DNA of 64,000 bases from Dictyobacter sp. (GCA_035493535.1 DATJIE010000035.1:10053-74052), one strand, 5' to 3'; positions 27,246-38,788 are shown, numbered from the stretch's first letter. Notes: generated by a model not told the origin, from the sequence alone. Numbers and translations are program-made.

Positions 27246-29576
27246 TTGGCAACTGAAAAAGAATTAAAGCAATCGGCATCGTCGACAGAGCCACAGCCAC
27301 AAGAAACGCTCTCCATAGATGACATTGCGCATACACTACAAGTTGAATCAGGTATAGGAAAAGGGCAAATTGCTCGTACTATCGCGTTACTGGATGAAGG
27401 CAATACGATCCCATTCATTGCTCGTTATCGGAAAGAGGTAACTGGGAGCTTAGACGAAGTACAAATTCAAACAATCGCTGATCGTACCGCTGCTTTGCGG
27501 GCGCTCTATGAGCGTAAAAGTGATGTGTTACGCCTTATTGAGTCACAGGGAAAACTCACTCCAGAATTGTCAACAGCGATTATTGAAGCGACAACACTAC
27601 AAGCAGTAGAAGATCTCTATCTTCCCTATCGTCCCAAGCGCAAGACGCGTGCCAGTGTGGCACGTGAGAAGGGTCTGGCCCCACTGGCCGAAATTATTCT
27701 CCGGCAGCCTGAAGTGGCCGGTGATGCTACGGCTATTCTGGAGGAGCACGCTCTCGCATTTTTGAATGCCGAACAGGGAATAGATACCAGTATGGAGGCA
27801 TATGCCGGAGCCTGTGATATTGTCGCTGAGGTCATCGCGGAAGACGCGAATGTGCGTGGAAGTCTCCGTACAGCGTTTTTTCAGCGTTCAAGTCTGAGTG
27901 CAAAGATTGCCGACCCTGAGACGATTGCTGAGAAAGATCCTAATGGTGTCTATCAGCTCTATTATGAGTTTAATGAAGATGTCACAAAACTGGTGCCCCA
28001 TCGCATTCTGGCGCTCAATCGTGCTGAACGAGAAGGAGTGCTGCGTGTAAACGTCGGATTGCCTTATGAGCAAGCCCGGCAGCATCTGGTGGAGCATTAT
28101 GCCGCCAGAGCGACATCCCCATTCGCGCAATTGTTATCTGACGCGATGGAAGATGGGTATAAACGGTTGCTCTCTCCTGCAATGGAACGAGAATCGCGCG
28201 TGGAATTGACGCGAAAAGCGGAAGAGCATGCGATCAACATTTTCGCGACGAATCTGCGCAATTTGCTGTTACAGCCGCCATTGCGAGGCAAGAAAGTGCT
28301 TGGTATTGACCCTGGATATCGTACGGGTTGTAAACTGACGGTTGTGGATGAGACAGGGAAATATATTACCTCTGATACCATGTATCTCCATCGAGAGGCG
28401 GATGCGCGGCACAAACTACGCGATCTTTTATCGACCTATGGTATTGCAGTGATTGCGATTGGGAATGGAACGGCTTCGCGCGAGACAGAGCAACTTGTCG
28501 CCAGTCTGATTGCTGAAATAGAGGAAGAGTCGAAGGAAAAGGGCAAAATCGGGTATGTGATTGTCAATGAAGCAGGGGCTTCGGTCTACTCGGCTTCGGA
28601 GATTGCGCGTGAAGAGTTTCCCACACTTGATGCGACCCAGCGTGGCACCATCTCGATTGCTCGTCGCTTACAAGATCCACTGGCGGAACTGGTAAAAATT
28701 GATCCGAAAGCGGTGGGTGTTGGGCTGTACCAGCATGATGTTGACCAGAAGGAACTGGCAGGGATGCTGGATCGTGTTATTGTTTCCTGCGTTAACTTTG
28801 CTGGTGTTGAAATGAATTCTGCCTCGGCAACCCTGCTGAAACATGTATCTGGTATTAATGCTCGTGTGGCAAATGCTATCGTCAAATACCGTGACACACA
28901 TGGGCCATTTAAGTCACGTCAGGAATTATTGAAGGTACCGGGTCTTGGACCAGCAACGTTTGTGCAGGCAGCAGGTTTCTTGAAAATTGTGGATGGCAAT
29001 GAGGAGTTGGATAATACGTTTATCCATCCAGAAAGCTATGAAGCGACTCGTGCTTTGCTGGCGCAGTTGCCGCAGACTGATAAGAATCAGCGACCAGCGG
29101 AGCGTATCGCACAATTTCGTGAGCGCATTAAACTCCAGACAAGTCTGGCGAGTTTAAATCGTAATAGTCGTAGTAAGAATGCACCTGACAGTGAAGCGGC
29201 AGCATGGAATGAACTGGCGCAGCAAATTGGTGTTGGCTTGCCAACGTTAGAGGACATTCTGGAGAATCTGGAAAAGCCAGGATTGGATCCACGTGATGCG
29301 TTACCCGCTCCAATTTTGCGTCATGATGTTCTGAAGATGGAAGACTTACAGCCTGAAATGGTATTACAGGGAACCGTGCGTAATGTCGTTGATTTTGGAG
29401 CATTTGTCGATATCGGGGTGAAACAGGATGGATTAGTGCATATCTCAGAACTGGCAGATCGTTTCGTGCGTGATCCATTGAGTGTTGTGGCGGTTGGTCA
29501 GGTTGTGCAGGTCCGTGTATTGAAAGTTGATTTACAACGTGGTCGCGTGCAATTAAGTATGCGTGGCATCAAATAA
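27246..29576 (+). CDS. tex: Transcription accessory protein Tex (S1 RNA-binding domain protein)
   Basis: IPFIARYRKE N-domain, YqgF-like VLGIDPGYRTGCK, HhH region and C-terminal S1 domain GTVRNVVDFGAFVDIG. TTG start. Confidence 0.92.
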   Translation: MATEKELKQSASSTEPQPQETLSIDDIAHTLQVESGIGKGQIARTIALLDEGNTIPFIARYRKEVTGSLDEVQIQTIADRTAALRALYERKSDVLRLIESQGKLTPELSTAIIEATTLQAVEDLYLPYRPKRKTRASVAREKGLAPLAEIILRQPEVAGDATAILEEHALAFLNAEQGIDTSMEAYAGACDIVAEVIAEDANVRGSLRTAFFQRSSLSAKIADPETIAEKDPNGVYQLYYEFNEDVTKLVPHRILALNRAEREGVLRVNVGLPYEQARQHLVEHYAARATSPFAQLLSDAMEDGYKRLLSPAMERESRVELTRKAEEHAINIFATNLRNLLLQPPLRGKKVLGIDPGYRTGCKLTVVDETGKYITSDTMYLHREADARHKLRDLLSTYGIAVIAIGNGTASRETEQLVASLIAEIEEESKEKGKIGYVIVNEAGASVYSASEIAREEFPTLDATQRGTISIARRLQDPLAELVKIDPKAVGVGLYQHDVDQKELAGMLDRVIVSCVNFAGVEMNSASATLLKHVSGINARVANAIVKYRDTHGPFKSRQELLKVPGLGPATFVQAAGFLKIVDGNEELDNTFIHPESYEATRALLAQLPQTDKNQRPAERIAQFRERIKLQTSLASLNRNSRSKNAPDSEAAAWNELAQQIGVGLPTLEDILENLEKPGLDPRDALPAPILRHDVLKMEDLQPEMVLQGTVRNVVDFGAFVDIGVKQDGLVHISELADRFVRDPLSVVAVGQVVQVRVLKVDLQRGRVQLSMRGIK

Positions 29577-29603
29577 ATCACAAATAGATCACATTGTTTG
29601 TGC

Positions 29604-29635
29604 GGGGAGTCTTCACTGAAGACTCCCTTTTTATT
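29604..29635 (+). terminator. Rho-independent terminator of tex
   Basis: GGGAGTCTTC / GAAGACTCCC stem followed by TTTTTATT. Confidence 0.75.
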
Positions 29636-29806
29636 GCAGTTATACATAATTTGCAGGTAATTCATAACTTTTTTTTGATCCATAAATCGATAATTATAGA
29701 TTTTTTCAGGTTTTGTGCTGTAATTTAAATCCTTCTCAGCATTCATTCGAAGCAGAACACAGGCAAGAAATAAGTTTACCCTGCAACGAATGAAGTTTGT
29801 TTTTTC

Positions 29807-29862
29807 GTATCTACTCATAGATACTTATGGCAGATACCCATGACTATGAGTATCTATGAGTA
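29807..29862. repeat. Cluster of nested palindromes and direct repeats (candidate operator array)
   Basis: 14-bp inverted repeat TACTCATAGATACT (29812-29825) / AGTATCTATGAGTA (29849-29862). CTATGAGTA is directly repeated at 29844-29852 and 29854-29862. The heptamer GTATCTA/TAGATAC occurs 3 times, plus a near copy, CAGATAC. Confidence 0.7.
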
Positions 29863-30290
29863 CCATACCAATTTACGTACCTGTAGTAAGTGCTATATGC
29901 TGTATCTGTGTAGTCTCTGCAATGTATAATGGTATGTGCGGAAACACTTTGAAATATGATGATATAAGAATAAAGTACCAATCACACACTGTGTCCTCAC
30001 AATACACGGTACACTATCTTCTAGTATCTGAAATCATAGTGCTTGTTTTCTTTCCTGGTCTAAGATGGTTTATCAAATTGTGGCTAAAAATGCTATAGAA
30101 TACGCGATATAGAGTAAATATACATTGATGCAGGAAAATAAGACTATTGAAGAAGATGTTCGCAGGTGGGTGAAATATTACTCGCAAGATAGGGTGACGA
30201 AAGATAAGGTTGGGGTAATTGTTTTTTTAAGTGATGTTGGGGTCGGCAACGTGTGTTTGTGGTAAGACCTTTCTTGTGCGAGGTGAATGA

Positions 30291-32552
30291 ATGGATGATA
30301 AGGAGGACCGCCGTACAAAGTTGGATGCTTCAGAGCGGCGGTACAAACGACGATTACAGACTAAACAGAATATCTGGAGCTATGCATGGAAGTATCGAAG
30401 TATCTCTCTTACATTTGGGCTTATAGCAGTTATCATCGTTTTACTCATCGGAGTAGCGACGGAACTGCCTGGTTTGACCAATAATGTTACCCCCGTAGGT
30501 GCAATTACTCTTAATTATAGTTCCTTTCTCAAACAAGTACAGATCGGAAATGTGCATGGAGTAGTGATTCAGGGTAATAATGTTCAGGCGTTATTAAATC
30601 AGCCACTTCAGCAGAATAGCTCTTCAGCAAAATTACCAGCGACGACAGATGCTGATTATGCGGACTGGGTTCGCTCTTTCAGCGCTTCTACACCACTATC
30701 TGTCACGGCATCTGCTATCTCTCCATCCTATACGAATCGTGTTGTGTATACGCGGGTAGCCGGGGGAGGGCAGAATTATCTGTTATCGGTACTGAATGAA
30801 TCTCATGCTCAGGTTGAAGTATTACCACTTTCTCAATCGACAAGTTTGTTAGTACTGTTCCTGAAATTTCTCCCGGTGCTGGCAGTTTTAGCGATCATGC
30901 TGGTGTTTTTCTTCCCGCGTCGTCGACAGGATCCGATGGCATCGATGAATGAGCATTTGCAGAATGTGGGGAAAAGTAAGGCTCATCGCTATGAGAATTC
31001 CAAAGAAGTTGTATCACCCACTCCGACAAAAAGAAATAGTACACCTTCTCGATCAGCAACGACGACGACTGCGACGAAATCGAAGGCTCTGGTGAGCACA
31101 GTTCCACATGTGACATTTGCGGATGTTGCTGGTATTGATGAAGTTCGTGCTGATCTGATAGAAATGGTACAGTTTCTACAGAATCCAGATCGTTTTGAGC
31201 GTCTGGGGGCGCATATTCCACATGGTGCTCTGCTGGTTGGACCGCCGGGAACAGGAAAAACACTGCTGGCGAAGGCTGTCGCAGGTGAGGCTCGTGTTCC
31301 ATTCTTCAGCATGAGTGCATCCGAATTTGTTGAGATGTTTGTAGGTGTGGGCGCCAGTCGTGTCCGTGATCTCTTCGAGCAGGCTCGTCGGATTGCTCCT
31401 TGTGTTGTGTTTATTGACGAGATTGATGCGGTTGGACGGAAACGTTCGACAAAGATTAATGGCAATGACGAACGAGATCAGACATTAAATCAGTTGCTTG
31501 TTGAGCTGGATGGTTTTACCTCTCGTGAGGCAGTTGTTGTACTGGCAGCGACCAACCGTGTTGATATTCTGGATTCTGCATTATTGCGTCCGGGCCGTTT
31601 TGATCGCCGTATCATGGTGTCGCCGCCAGATCGTGTTGGCCGTGAGGCCATTTTGCGAGTGCATTCGAGATCAACCCCGCTGGCTGAGGATGTTGAACTG
31701 GAGCGGCTGGCGCGTTTAACGACTGGCATGACTGGTGCTGATCTGGCGAATCTGGTAAATGAGGCGGCGCTTGCTGCGGCTCGACGAGAATTGCAGGTAG
31801 TCACACATGAATGTTTTGAGGATGCTCTGGCTCGTGTGCAACTTGGCGCGTTACGTCCGTTGATCATGAGTGAGGCTGAGCGGCGCATTATTGCGATCCA
31901 TGAGGGTGGACATGCTCTGGTGGCTCATCATTTACCCGAAGCTGACACCGTGAACCGTGTGACGATTCTGCCACGTGGGCAGAGCCTGGGTGTGACACAG
32001 TTTACCTCAGAAGTAGATCGCTACAACTATAGTCGGGAAACATTGATGGCGCGGATTGCGGTTGGACTTGGTGGTCGTGTTGCTGAAGAGCTTACTTTTG
32101 GCGCGCATCGTATCACCACGGGTGCTGAAAATGACCTGCAGGTTGTTACCGATCTTGCGCGTAAGATGGTCACGCGCTGGGGCATGAGCGAACGAGTTGG
32201 GGTTATTTTCGCTGATTATCAACCCGGTCAGGAACATGCGCTGAATATGCGTAATGCTAATGCCCAGACACGAACCTTAGTTGTAGATGAAGATGGTCAG
32301 GTGCTCATCAATGGTCAGATTGGACCACAACAATTACTCATGACAACAGCGAATGTTGCTCCTTCACGGGGCACAAATGTTTCCTTGCAGGCGGTAATTG
32401 ATACGGAAGTATTGCGCTTGCTTGATGAGGGGCGTGAGTTGGCTCGTCACATTTTAACCGAACATGTTGACCAATTAACATTGTTGGCCGATGAATTGAT
32501 GGAGCATGAGCAACTTGATCGGACACAATTTGAGGCACTGCTCAATAGCTAA
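30291..32552 (+). CDS. ftsH: ATP-dependent zinc metalloprotease FtsH
   Basis: Two TM helices, Walker A GPPGTGKT, Walker B VVFIDEID and zinc site [16 protein letters not shown]. Confidence 0.95.
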   Translation: MDDKEDRRTKLDASERRYKRRLQTKQNIWSYAWKYRSISLTFGLIAVIIVLLIGVATELPGLTNNVTPVGAITLNYSSFLKQVQIGNVHGVVIQGNNVQALLNQPLQQNSSSAKLPATTDADYADWVRSFSASTPLSVTASAISPSYTNRVVYTRVAGGGQNYLLSVLNESHAQVEVLPLSQSTSLLVLFLKFLPVLAVLAIMLVFFFPRRRQDPMASMNEHLQNVGKSKAHRYENSKEVVSPTPTKRNSTPSRSATTTTATKSKALVSTVPHVTFADVAGIDEVRADLIEMVQFLQNPDRFERLGAHIPHGALLVGPPGTGKTLLAKAVAGEARVPFFSMSASEFVEMFVGVGASRVRDLFEQARRIAPCVVFIDEIDAVGRKRSTKINGNDERDQTLNQLLVELDGFTSREAVVVLAATNRVDILDSALLRPGRFDRRIMVSPPDRVGREAILRVHSRSTPLAEDVELERLARLTTGMTGADLANLVNEAALAAARRELQVVTHECFEDALARVQLGALRPLIMSEAERRIIAIHEGGHALVAHHLPEADTVNRVTILPRGQSLGVTQFTSEVDRYNYSRETLMARIAVGLGGRVAEELTFGAHRITTGAENDLQVVTDLARKMVTRWGMSERVGVIFADYQPGQEHALNMRNANAQTRTLVVDEDGQVLINGQIGPQQLLMTTANVAPSRGTNVSLQAVIDTEVLRLLDEGRELARHILTEHVDQLTLLADELMEHEQLDRTQFEALLNS

Positions 32553-32577
32553 AAGCTATGCAAGCATAGCTGCCTTG

Positions 32578-32647
32578 ACCTCTATCCTCACACATAGGAA
32601 TTTATATCTTTCTGTGAGTGATAGAGGTTTTTTATTATTCTGGAAAT
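32578..32647 (+). terminator. Rho-independent terminator of ftsH
   Basis: About 15-bp stem ACCTCTATCCTCACA / TGTGAGTGATAGAGGT (one bulge) followed by TTTTTTATT. Confidence 0.7.
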
Positions 32648-32920
32648 GAACATTGTCGTGAAACTCAGGGATTGGGTGCAAAAAAACAATCCTCTTTATC
32701 ACCATTCAGGGATAAGCTGAGGATTGTATGATATATCGCACGTAATCAGATGGTATTCAGTATTTAGCGCATGAAAAATGATGATTGGAATATTGTTCAT
32801 CATATTCACCAGGGAACATGATGGATTTCTTATTAAGCAGAACCTATCACATAAACATCGTTCAATATACGTAAGAAAAAATTTCAATTGCTATCTAAAT
32901 GTAAACTACTGCAATAATTG

Positions 32921-33859
32921 TTAGAAACGATAGGTCATTACAATAGCGCTCATATCATCAGGTTTCGAGCGGATTGTATGATTGCGATCCTCTCGTGAAC
33001 GTTCACGGGCACGTTCAACAAGGGTTCGAGCAGTTGTCGTGCGTGGTGTTGTACGAAGGATATCAGTGATTTCATCATCCGTAAGATTATCATGAATGCC
33101 ATCTGTACAGAGTAAAATGCGATCACCAGGACAGATAGTGATTTTATCGGCGTGGATGGTAGGTGGGATCGGGCCACCTAAAGCCTGCGTAATGCCACCA
33201 CGGAAACGGAAGTAGTTGTACTCCATATCTGAGAGTTGATCTGCTCGCATTGCCTGATCGATATGCATCGCATGTTGTTCATCAAGGACCTGACTCTCAA
33301 TCAATTTGGTTAAGAGACCATCATCATTCGTGAGACGTTTGATTGTTTCGTGTTCACGTAACAGGTAGACGCGGCTATCACCAACGTGAGCATAGACCAT
33401 CGAAAAACTATTGCTGTCTGTCTGGCGGCAGAGCGCAACCAGCGCAACCGTCGTTGCCAGATCATCAGTACCGGCCCGTCTGGCACCATCTGTACGAACC
33501 TGTTCATCGGATTGCAGCACGAGTTCTTGCAATCTCTTGCACAGATCCCATTGCTCGCGATCTTCAAGCGTTGTATAGATTTTTCTTCGATGACTGTGCA
33601 GAACCCTGGTGAGTAGCCTTTTCCAGACATGCGTAGCTGATTGTGCCGCTGTTTGTGAGGCAATTTCTGCCGCAGCGCTACCGCCAACACCATCAAAGAC
33701 TGCATACAGTCCCCCCACTGGATCAACCAGAATGCTGTCCTCATTGCGAGAAGGATGGCGTTCATTGGCGATGCTATGGTAAGAGACAATAAAAGGGGAT
33801 TGTTTCTGATAAAAACGATGGGGGGTGATACGCGTGCGACGTCTTTTCGTGTATGGCAT
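32921..33859 (-). CDS. PP2C-family Ser/Thr protein phosphatase
   Basis: RNEDS, FDGVGG, VGDSRVYL and LLCTDGIHD motifs. The start is uncertain: ATG 33859 was chosen, but the ORF is open to 33970. Confidence 0.85.
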   Translation of the reverse strand: MPYTKRRRTRITPHRFYQKQSPFIVSYHSIANERHPSRNEDSILVDPVGGLYAVFDGVGGSAAAEIASQTAAQSATHVWKRLLTRVLHSHRRKIYTTLEDREQWDLCKRLQELVLQSDEQVRTDGARRAGTDDLATTVALVALCRQTDSNSFSMVYAHVGDSRVYLLREHETIKRLTNDDGLLTKLIESQVLDEQHAMHIDQAMRADQLSDMEYNYFRFRGGITQALGGPIPPTIHADKITICPGDRILLCTDGIHDNLTDDEITDILRTTPRTTTARTLVERARERSREDRNHTIRSKPDDMSAIVMTYRF

Positions 33860-34162
33860 ATTCGTTGAATGCTGCCTTTCGAAAGATTTCACAATAGAAT
33901 TTGTGTTGTTTCTCATCACTAGGAATTGCATGTTTATACCATTTACAGTAGAACAGACCTTAATGGTCAAGTATACATCGTTAAATCTATATTATCGAGT
34001 AGTGTTGTACTTGTTATCAACCAGTACAACACCCTTCGTTGTATAGCGAACATATAGGCTCAACAATTGCTTCGTTTTCAACGCTAAAAGATGCGATAGC
34101 TTAAACTTATTGAGTGAAAGTATAGCAGATTGTCGAACAAAATGGGAAGTGTATAGGTAAAA

Positions 34163-34894
34163 TCACTTAATAGCTGTTGGAATAAGGCCGCTTATCCCAA
34201 GGAAATTTTTCACCATTTGCCGTGTATGCTCTTGATACCGTGGAAATTGTTGTATGCGTATTTGTTCAAGTGCCTGATATCCCTCCTGCCCCAATGTCTC
34301 GATCATACTTTGTTGTTGTTCTGGTTGATAGAACCATGTATCGAGTGTGTTTTCGTTGAGTTCTATATGATATTGCAGGCCGTAAGCACGTTTTCCATAG
34401 CGAAATGCCTGGTTGCGTGTATTCTCACTGGTTGCTAAGAGTGTGGCTCCTGCAGGTAAATCAAAGGTATCTTCATGCCAGTGAAAAACCGTCTGGTAAC
34501 CTGGCAAATCCATAAATAATGGATCATTTTGCCCCTCGTCTGTAATCTGGACGTTGAAGAAGCCGAGCTCGGTCATGGTATGCTGTTTGACCTGTCCACC
34601 CATAACATCAGCCAGCAATTGTCCACCCAGGCAAATACCCAGGAATGGGATGTCCTGTTCAACGGCCTGTCGAATTACTTCCTTCTCTCGTGCGAAGTAT
34701 GGATATTTTTCCTCCCCATCATAAACATGCTGTATTCCACCGAATGCCAGCACAGCCGCATATGCATCAGGGTCAGGAATCATAGTATTTTCAACATGAA
34801 TAACGTCATATTCAATATTATAAGCGTTGAGTAGTTCTCCGACAAATCCAGGGGGATTGTCCCACATATTTTGCAGGGCTAATAGACGTGACAT
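34163..34894 (-). CDS. Class I glutamine amidotransferase-like protein
   Basis: Nucleophile elbow GICLGGQLL and a His-Glu pair in LQYHIE. About 240 aa, stand-alone GATase1 domain. Confidence 0.85.
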   Translation of the reverse strand: MSRLLALQNMWDNPPGFVGELLNAYNIEYDVIHVENTMIPDPDAYAAVLAFGGIQHVYDGEEKYPYFAREKEVIRQAVEQDIPFLGICLGGQLLADVMGGQVKQHTMTELGFFNVQITDEGQNDPLFMDLPGYQTVFHWHEDTFDLPAGATLLATSENTRNQAFRYGKRAYGLQYHIELNENTLDTWFYQPEQQQSMIETLGQEGYQALEQIRIQQFPRYQEHTRQMVKNFLGISGLIPTAIK

Positions 34895-35164
34895 CCTGTA
34901 CGTTTCCCTTTCGTATCTCTCTATATAGATAGTTATTAATATTTATCCCATTGCATGAGTCGATACACTCTCCCAGGTGCCTCCGGTATGTGTATGTATA
35001 ACGTTGTATGCTCGGTTTCAAGAATGGGATATCTGTTGTAGTATATGATATCGAAACAGGCTCATGTATAGTTGCTTTATTTATTCCCTGGGCGCGGACA
35101 GGCTGGCAGACACGCCTGTTCTGAGCGTGTTTCTATCAGGCATGTCTGCTCATTGTTAGAACGT

Positions 35165-37393
35165 TTAAATCTTCAATAACTCATTGGCGGAACTATGGAT
35201 GGTCAGTTCGACCTGCCAGCTCTGTCCAGGCTCGATTACAAGCGACCAGAGCAGGGTCAAGCAACTTCCTTGATGGGTACGCTCAAAACCGGCTTCTGAG
35301 CCAGTGACGGTATCAATAGAGAAATACCAGAGTTTGCTATCCTGATTGCTGGTAAATTTGATGTCCTCCTGTAGCCACGTATTGCCAACTGAGAATGTTT
35401 GTAGACGCTCTATTTCGCCTGTGTTGTCGAAGTAGGTTTGTTTCTGTTCATGATCGGCGAAGCGATAGTATGCCTGGGGATTGTTGCCGCCACCAAGCAG
35501 ATTAATATTCCATTCGCTTCCAAATGTGGTTTCCAGTCGTGCCTGACCTAGATTCTTGATCTGGTAACGAACGGTGAGTTCTTCTTCGTGCGCCGGGACC
35601 ATGAGTACTTTGGTGACGCGTACAGGTAATGAGTTGAGCGCACCAGCACGTTTGACGAGTCCATCTCTACTTAATGTTACGGTCATACCCATGTCATTCT
35701 GCGTTACTTGCGCGGTATAGGGGGGAGCGATAAAATCTCCCTGCTCTTCGTAGCGCATCTGGATATAATTTTTGAGTGGCAATCCTGGTGGTAAGAAATG
35801 ATCTATCAGGCTGTTGCGGCGATAACGATCAGTAATTAAATATTGATCTAGATCAGTCTCTTTGGTACGGACTGTGGTATGAGGGTTTTCTGCTTCCTGT
35901 TCTTTCTGCTTGCCATTGGCCTGTGCGAGCTTTTCGCGGATCTGCTGGCGGCGCTGTTGTTCATGTTGACGTATTGTCTGATGATAGCTTTCCGGGCGAC
36001 GGGTCATTACACAGAGCAGATTATGAGCGTTCCGGCGGATATCCCATTCAAAGAGCGAGCCACCATGTTGAAGATCGATATACAGGTTTTGCAGATTGCT
36101 TTCTAGTAATAATTCATCTCGTGTATCGAGATCAAAGTCAGTAAACTCATAGTGTTGCCATGTCTCTGTATCGTGAAGTTGTAGGGCGGCTGCATGCTCC
36201 GCTTTGATGAGATGATGATAGATAGCGGAGCGGACATGGCCCATATAAATACCGCCGAAGAGTCCATGCCAGTAGGTATCGTTGGCCTGAGCCTTGAGCA
36301 AATGGGTGAGTCCGACCTCATCTGTTGCGCCCGCACGATAAACAAGATCATGAACACGTAGCATTTTCTTATGCTGATTATTGACTTCGGGATAGCGAAC
36401 GAGGAAGTTGCGCCAGAAGCCACCACGGAAGAATTGTAGGATGTCATGCCGTTTTTCATGTTCCAGTTGATGGAGGAGTTGACCAAATTGATAGGCCTTC
36501 TGTGGAGGGAGTGCCCACTCTGTCATCTCCATATAAGATGATGTGGGAAGATAGACGCGTCCGAGCGCGGGATATTGGTGGGTATATTCTCCCAATGGTG
36601 TGGTATGGAGCCAATCGCTATTTTCTTCCAGTGCTGTAAAGAAGGTATCAACCCAGCCTGATTTGCCATCTTCGCCCCAACAATAGATATCTGTGCCGGG
36701 CCAACTGCCAAATTTTTCACCATCATCACCCATGACAATGATGCGGGCACCATCAGATGTGGCGAGTGTGCGTAGCGTTGCGATAGTTTCTTCAGGTGGA
36801 CGCCAGGGGATTGTATAGCGTAGCGCCTGACTGGTCGCATAGACCTTGAGAACGCTGCTAGAATCTTCTGTGGCATAGTAGCCATAGAGGTCTTTGTCTT
36901 CAAGTCCGACGTTTTTGAAGTGGATATCGTCAAGGATCGTCCAGGCGACACCAGCCTCACGCAAGATACGTGGCAATCCTGGCTCCCACACACGCTCCGC
37001 CAGCCACATACCATCTGGTTGTGTATTAAAGTCGCGACGAATACGTTCCGCCAGTCGACGGATCTGTACAACTTTATCTTCATCAGGAATGGAGGGCAGA
37101 ATAGGTTCATAGTAGCCGCCGCCAACTATCTCGACCTGTTTTCGTTGCACAAGCGCCGCGACGCGATGTAGAAATTCTGGATGAGCATCTTCCAACCAGT
37201 CGAGCAGAGAGCCAGTATAGTGCAGGGAGAGGCGAACGTTTGGGTGTCGCTCCAGCGCTGCAAGCATAGGTAAATACGATTGTTCATAAACCTGTTGAAA
37301 GACCCAGGGGAAATTTCCGACTGGTTGATGATTATGCAAGAGTAAACCGAGCTGAATGCTGCCATCTTGTTTTTTGTTTGGCCCTGTTATCAT
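35165..37393 (-). CDS. Glycoside hydrolase family 57 enzyme (alpha-amylase / 4-alpha-glucanotransferase type)
   Basis: All five GH57 regions are present: HNHQPVGNF, EIVGGGYYEPILP, WLAERVWEP (nucleophile Glu), GDDGEKFG (acid/base Asp) and AQANDTYWHG. Confidence 0.9.
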   Translation of the reverse strand: MITGPNKKQDGSIQLGLLLHNHQPVGNFPWVFQQVYEQSYLPMLAALERHPNVRLSLHYTGSLLDWLEDAHPEFLHRVAALVQRKQVEIVGGGYYEPILPSIPDEDKVVQIRRLAERIRRDFNTQPDGMWLAERVWEPGLPRILREAGVAWTILDDIHFKNVGLEDKDLYGYYATEDSSSVLKVYATSQALRYTIPWRPPEETIATLRTLATSDGARIIVMGDDGEKFGSWPGTDIYCWGEDGKSGWVDTFFTALEENSDWLHTTPLGEYTHQYPALGRVYLPTSSYMEMTEWALPPQKAYQFGQLLHQLEHEKRHDILQFFRGGFWRNFLVRYPEVNNQHKKMLRVHDLVYRAGATDEVGLTHLLKAQANDTYWHGLFGGIYMGHVRSAIYHHLIKAEHAAALQLHDTETWQHYEFTDFDLDTRDELLLESNLQNLYIDLQHGGSLFEWDIRRNAHNLLCVMTRRPESYHQTIRQHEQQRRQQIREKLAQANGKQKEQEAENPHTTVRTKETDLDQYLITDRYRRNSLIDHFLPPGLPLKNYIQMRYEEQGDFIAPPYTAQVTQNDMGMTVTLSRDGLVKRAGALNSLPVRVTKVLMVPAHEEELTVRYQIKNLGQARLETTFGSEWNINLLGGGNNPQAYYRFADHEQKQTYFDNTGEIERLQTFSVGNTWLQEDIKFTSNQDSKLWYFSIDTVTGSEAGFERTHQGSCLTLLWSLVIEPGQSWQVELTIHSSANELLKI

Positions 37394-37960
37394 ATTTCTA
37401 TCCTCTAGAGCAGAGTAACACGATGATCAAACGATCTGATAACACCTCGTGTCTGCTTATGGCGAAGAATACATATCTTGCTTTTACTATAACATAGTCT
37501 CATAGAATTTCTGTGATTGTCTTCTGTCCATTACAGAATTTTTTTGGATTTTTAAGTGATGATTTTAAATGTAGGAATTTATAAAAGATATATTACCTGT
37601 CTTTTTTCTTGATGCAAAGATGTTTTTTTGCCCATCATTTCGCCACCAATACCGATGCGAGTAATGGCCTCGCCGCGTTTGCCACAAGTTCGTCTCACTA
37701 TTCCCAATTAAATTTTGGGGTGCCTATAAAATCTCTCTGCTAGAGTATTGTTGCTTTTATCTGTGCAGGTAACTTCTTCTTCGTTTTTTTTATTTTCATG
37801 GGATGGTCATAACAATTATAAAATGATAGTAATATAATTCCTGTCTCTTTTGTATTTTAGTGATTTTATCATTATACTCGATATTGTGTATTTGTTGCGT
37901 TTATTAATTTGTATTAAAATTTGTCGGGCTTTATGTTTTTTTCAAGCAGGAGGTTGATGT

Positions 37961-38788
37961 ATGTGTAAAGTGTTTTACTGGCGTGTAAGTGTAGCTTTGT
38001 CCTGTACATTGATGTTATTTTTATCCTCTGTCTCCACTCTATTCGCACAGTCGCATCAGGTCATTGGTCCGAAGGCTTATTATCTGGCTCTGGGGGACTC
38101 GCTGGCATTTGGATATCAGCCTGATGCGAATTTTGTGCATGGGTATGTGAATGATTTTAGCGCTAATCTGAAGGCCCATGGAGGGAAAGATACGGGGAAT
38201 CTTGCCTGTCCAGGGGAAACCAGTGTCACGATGATTAATGGTGGATGCCCATACCCTTTATTACGGAAGTATCCTTATATTGGTTCTCAGTTGAATGCGG
38301 CTCTAAAATATCTGTCGGCGCATCGTGGTAAGGTCAGTCCTGTCACGCTGGATATTGGCGCGAACGATATCATACCGGCTATTGACCTGAAAACATGTTC
38401 GATTGATACAACTGCTTTCAATGCGAGCCTGGATACATTGGATACAAATTTGCGCCAGACCATTTTACCTCAACTGCGATCTGCTCTTACCATCAATGGA
38501 CAATTGGCAAGCGATTTTTTTCTGATGAACTACTACAATCCCTATGCGAATCAGTGTCCGGCAACCGAGTCGTATGTGCAGACATTAAATAGCCATCTGG
38601 CAGCCGACCTGGGGAGCGCACAGTTTGGTTCTATGGTTGATGTTTTTTCCGCGTTCGATAGCGGGCACAGTCCTAATCCGCATCTCTGTACATTTACCTG
38701 GATGTGTAGTGCTTTCCATGATATTCACGCGAAAAACGGTGGGTATAGTGTAATCGCCAGTGCGTTTGAGCAAGTTGCAGGCTATTAA
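37961..38788 (+). CDS. Secreted SGNH/GDSL-family hydrolase
   Basis: N-terminal signal-like helix. Block I ALGDSLAFGY, GANDI block and a candidate C-terminal Asp/His (FHDIHA). AGGAGG SD. Confidence 0.8.
   Translation: MCKVFYWRVSVALSCTLMLFLSSVSTLFAQSHQVIGPKAYYLALGDSLAFGYQPDANFVHGYVNDFSANLKAHGGKDTGNLACPGETSVTMINGGCPYPLLRKYPYIGSQLNAALKYLSAHRGKVSPVTLDIGANDIIPAIDLKTCSIDTTAFNASLDTLDTNLRQTILPQLRSALTINGQLASDFFLMNYYNPYANQCPATESYVQTLNSHLAADLGSAQFGSMVDVFSAFDSGHSPNPHLCTFTWMCSAFHDIHAKNGGYSVIASAFEQVAGY

Noticed and set aside
30989-31888. Antisense ORFs of 158 and 132 aa opposite ftsH.
   Set aside because: They lie opposite the AAA+ core of ftsH. Their translations are Arg/Ser/Ala-rich, typical of the antisense frame of a GC-rich third-position gene. 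They have no SD and no motifs.
36523-37125. A 200-aa same-strand alternative-frame ORF within GH57.
   Set aside because: The GH57 frame carries all five family signature regions across this interval. The alternative frame has no recognisable features.
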